Positions 60,495 through 64,000 of a stretch of 64,000 bases of DNA are shown one piece after another. The notes below the pieces were generated by a model. The model ran no database searches and had not been told where the DNA came from. It worked only from the letters and a program-made list of their open reading frames with translations. This DNA comes from Podarcis erhardii (lineage: Eukaryota). The position numbers and the translations under genes are program-made. Position 1 is the stretch's first letter; each line of letters starts with the position of its first letter. The DNA lies in NCBI GenBank assembly GCA_964252035.1, contig OZ176203.1; one strand, given 5' to 3'.

Positions 60495-61035
60495 GTGGTG
60501 CTGTTCTATTCAAAAAAATTATAAATACATATCTAGGTGTGGGGGTGGGTGTGCTGCCTTGCAGAGAAGAGCCAACATCCGATTCACTCACTTTACCAGT
60601 AAGCCAGTTGCTTCACAGCCCTGAGAAGAAGTTTTGGTCTCTTTGGACCAATCTGTATCAACACATTGGTTCGCTTCCCTTTATGGCTATGCCACCTGCT
60701 GCCAGCGTGACTGCTAGCCATTTCTCCCTCCCCAATCCATGCATTTAAAGTTAGTATGAAGGAGCTCTGTGTGAATACAGTCCTTCAAGGCTATGCGTGA
60801 GTCCTTCACTGCTGAATATTTCTTGGAAAAGAGGGGTTGATGGAACCGGTGAGGACACAACTTTTCTCAGTGAATCTTGTTGCTCTCACAGCTGTTGCTT
60901 GAACTTGAATTCTTTGTTGCTTGGGATCTATTCCTTTGAGGATCATGATTCTGTGGTCTGCCCCACACCTTTTCCCTACTGACTTTGAAACAGTGATTGG
61001 CCCAAGGTCTACCTCTGAATATGCCCGAATAAACC

Positions 61036-61176
61036 CGTTGCTGGGAATAGCAGGTGGGCAGAGCGTTGTTTTGCTCATGTCCAGTTTTCCAAAGCCGTCT
61101 GGTTAACCAGTGTGAGAACAGGATGTCAGACTAGATGGGCTATTGGCCTGATCCTGCAGGGCTCTTCTGATGTTCT
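61036..61176 (+). mobile_element. CR1 3' UTR fragment
   Basis: gtgtgagaacaggatg...actagatgggctattggcctgatcc...gggctcttctgatgttct. Confidence 0.75.
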
Positions 61177-62456
61177 CAGTACATTTTATGATGCAGTGCA
61201 GATTCAAACTGCCCAATCCAATTCCAACTATCTAGCCACTACTCCACACTAATTCTTTCAATAATTGAATAGTGGCAACATCTTAAGACCAATTGATCAA
61301 AGAAAATAATTGCCATCTTCAGCTTTATCCAAACAATGTGTAAAGAAAAGAGTTTGGAGTTTGGACACTTGGTTTAGTGCAAGAATAGATTGTACACAAC
61401 ACAAGGATTAAAACAACTTGGCTTTCAGTCTGAGGCACTGTCCACTTAAGTGCTTTTCACTGTGAGCCAGTTCATTGTTTTGCAAAGCTACAGCAATCTT
61501 GGCTTTGTTCTGCATCACCAAAAAGACGAAGCACCTCAGTCTATGGTTTTCTTTACTTTTTTGTTCTAAAAGGTCATTCCAGCCCCTCTCACAACAGTGA
61601 AAAGAATGTCATCTTTATCAGTGCCCTTTGTGCCATTCCATACTGATGTGTTGATGAGATTAAATGGATATTGGAGACATAAGTGATGTGTGGAACTACA
61701 GAGAACCAGCACTTGCTGGCTGGCATATCCATGTAATACTGCAGAAACTGTGGTCCTCTGAGCTCTCTGTGTATGTGTGCACACTTATTCCATTCAGTAA
61801 TCTCCTCAAATTTCTTTTTTTTCTCCTAGGTAAGTCCTGCAACTTGCTAAACTTTCATTGACTGAATGTGCTTTTAACGTAGCGGTAAGTCATTCTTGCT
61901 TGATCACATTATTGCCATGCTGTTTCTCTGCAGTGTGTCTTGTGTTGGACCTGTCATCTTTCATGATGACAAGATTACTATTACTGTTGTTATTATTTTA
62001 TTTGTTACCCGCCCTTCACTGTAAGGTCCCAGGGTGGGTCAAAACCTTAAGCAGGATGTGTCTGGCAGTGATAAAAATTGCACGTGCAACAGGTATGAAA
62101 GGTGAAAAATGACATTGAAGGACATTGACTTGTCCTTACTGCTTGGGCCACTGTTATTATAAGAAGGCTGTTGTCACTAATAGCCATCCAACGTACAGGA
62201 GGCTCATGTTGCCATGCTGTCTAACAATGTGTCAGTTCCTCCACTGCCACCTCTGTTGCTGAGCAGTGGATCTGCATATCTGGTCATTACTCTATACTTT
62301 CACCATCAGAAATTGCAAAATTGGTTGAGTAAATAGGCAAGAGCTGTGTTGTGGAGGTACAAATGGCTCCCAAACAGTTTGAGAAAGAGGCAGAGTCTTG
62401 CCTTGCTCTTTCTACCCAATCAGCCACATATACACACTGGGATTAATATTGGCAAG

Positions 62457-62509
62457 GGAAGGAAGGAAGGAAGGAAGGAAGGAAGGAAGGAAGGAAGGAA
62501 GGAAGGAAG
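62457..62509. repeat. (GGAA)n microsatellite
   Basis: Direct reading. Confidence 0.95.
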
Positions 62510-64000
62510 TAGAGCTTGGAGTGGGGACAGCAGCAGACGAAGCTGCTTATAATATTCTATATTGGATATCCAGGGTCATAAATAAAATGAAGACAGACCA
62601 GTTTGAAACCGACAGAAAGGAGAGTAACAAGGAGACTTGGGTGAAGATTTTCCCACCACCACCACCACCATATGCCTCTTAGATGTGGGATTTTAGATCA
62701 CCTCCATCTTAGTTTTTGATGTTGCTCTGTCTCCTTATGATCTTGGGTTCTTAATCAGTATGTGTCTGAACAGATAATTTCCATGTTATTATGCTAAGTT
62801 ACTGTGAAAGGATGTCATCTTTCTAAAGGAAAACAGAGAAAGTTGGACAATAGGGAATAAGTTGGACAATTATGGAAAATTTTTCTATTTTGAATGTTTG
62901 AGTGTACCAGAAATGATAACTAGACTACAATGCTAAACTTACTAAGGAGTGAATTCAGCTGAATAAACTGGGGCTTAGCTTTGAGTAAACATGCTTATGA
63001 ATATGCTGTTAAAGAATTACATTGAAATCTGTTCAGCCATTTGGGTAAAAATAAAATATGGACATATTTTTCTTGGAATCATTGCCTAAGATCAAGTTAG
63101 TGTGTAGATAACTATTGCTAAAACTGATTATTAGAAGAAGGACATTGGTCTTCTAAATAGCTGGTATTAAGCAATCTGTTCCTGGAACAGTCATGCAGAA
63201 AGAAAGAATTATGTATTCTAAATGTTTTTGTGTATTAAAAATAAAAAGGAAATGACAAAGATAACAGTATGACATTTCAATTCAGCATTGCTTATAATTG
63301 TTGTGGTACTGAATAACTTGTTCCTTATAACTGAACTTTATTCTGAATTAATCTCTTCTTTTCAAGTCAACATACATGAGTATATTTCATTGATGGGTCC
63401 ATGTATAGATTTAGTCACTTAGAAGGAGGTGGGATGTGATACTTTGCAGTCAAAGAATCATAGGTTACTGCAACTCAAGCTTAGAAATTAATGCATATGA
63501 GTACTATGCACTCTAGCCCTGTTCGCAACGAGTCCATTAAGATAGTAAGAGAAGACATTTTCTTGTAAAATGTATCAAAGGATATTCAAATCCCCCTTCT
63601 TTTGACCTCCTTTGCAGTCCCCTACCCATGCTTCTCAGGATCATGGAGCTTCCCCAGGGACAGCTATGGTCTCAGCTGCTTCACAGCTTGGTAGAGGGGA
63701 GACAATGCTAACGGTCCAGTTCCACAATGCTTTGGGAGGTTGAGGAAGCTGTGTGCAAACGCCTTGCTCCCTTTCCCTTTGGCTTAGAGCTAAACAGAAA
63801 TATATGGCAATGGGTGCATCTTCTGATCTCAAAGTGATCCAACTTCCACAATGGCAAAGTTTCCAGGAGAGAGCTTGCTTCATCACCCCAGTGGCAACCA
63901 AAACCTTCACTGGGTGGGTGAATTTAGTTGCAGTAACCTGTATCTCATATGAGGAGCATCCGTTCCTGAATCCTTTCTGCAAAGAATGATTAACCCCCGG

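Noticed and set aside
60806-61078. 90-aa minus-strand ORF
   Set aside because: It starts inside a CR1 3' UTR and has no credible splice sites.
1-64000. CRISPR arrays, prokaryotic operons, true tRNA/rRNA genes, NUMT or endogenous viral ORFs
   Set aside because: No regularly spaced repeat-spacer array and no full cloverleaf or rRNA were seen. tRNA-like and 5S-like pieces are SINE heads, and no viral or mitochondrial motif was recognised.

Overview
Vertebrate (squamate) genomic DNA. The repeat content (Sauria SINEs with ACCTTT tails, a young L2, CR1, L1, and Tigger-like and hAT MITEs) suggests a lacertid lizard; this is inference. No host protein-coding gene could be recognised with confidence, so the window looks intronic or intergenic. 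The only long ORF (23443-26598) is an uninterrupted endonuclease + reverse transcriptase ORF of an L2-clade LINE. The rest is a mosaic of L1 and CR1 fragments, SINEs, MITEs, solo LTR-like elements, microsatellites and repeat-poor blocks that may be regulatory. The most unusual observations are: (1) a solo LTR whose U3 carries a decayed ~130-codon ORF containing an HMGN-like RRSARL(Q)A motif, with its stop codon inside the putative TATA box; (2) a doubly truncated, TSD-less L1 inside a MITE; (3) a composite MITE with a 6-bp TSD; (4) a 50-bp direct repeat flanking unique DNA; (5) a low-confidence set of minus-strand exon candidates. Family names come from my recognition of motifs; no database search was run.
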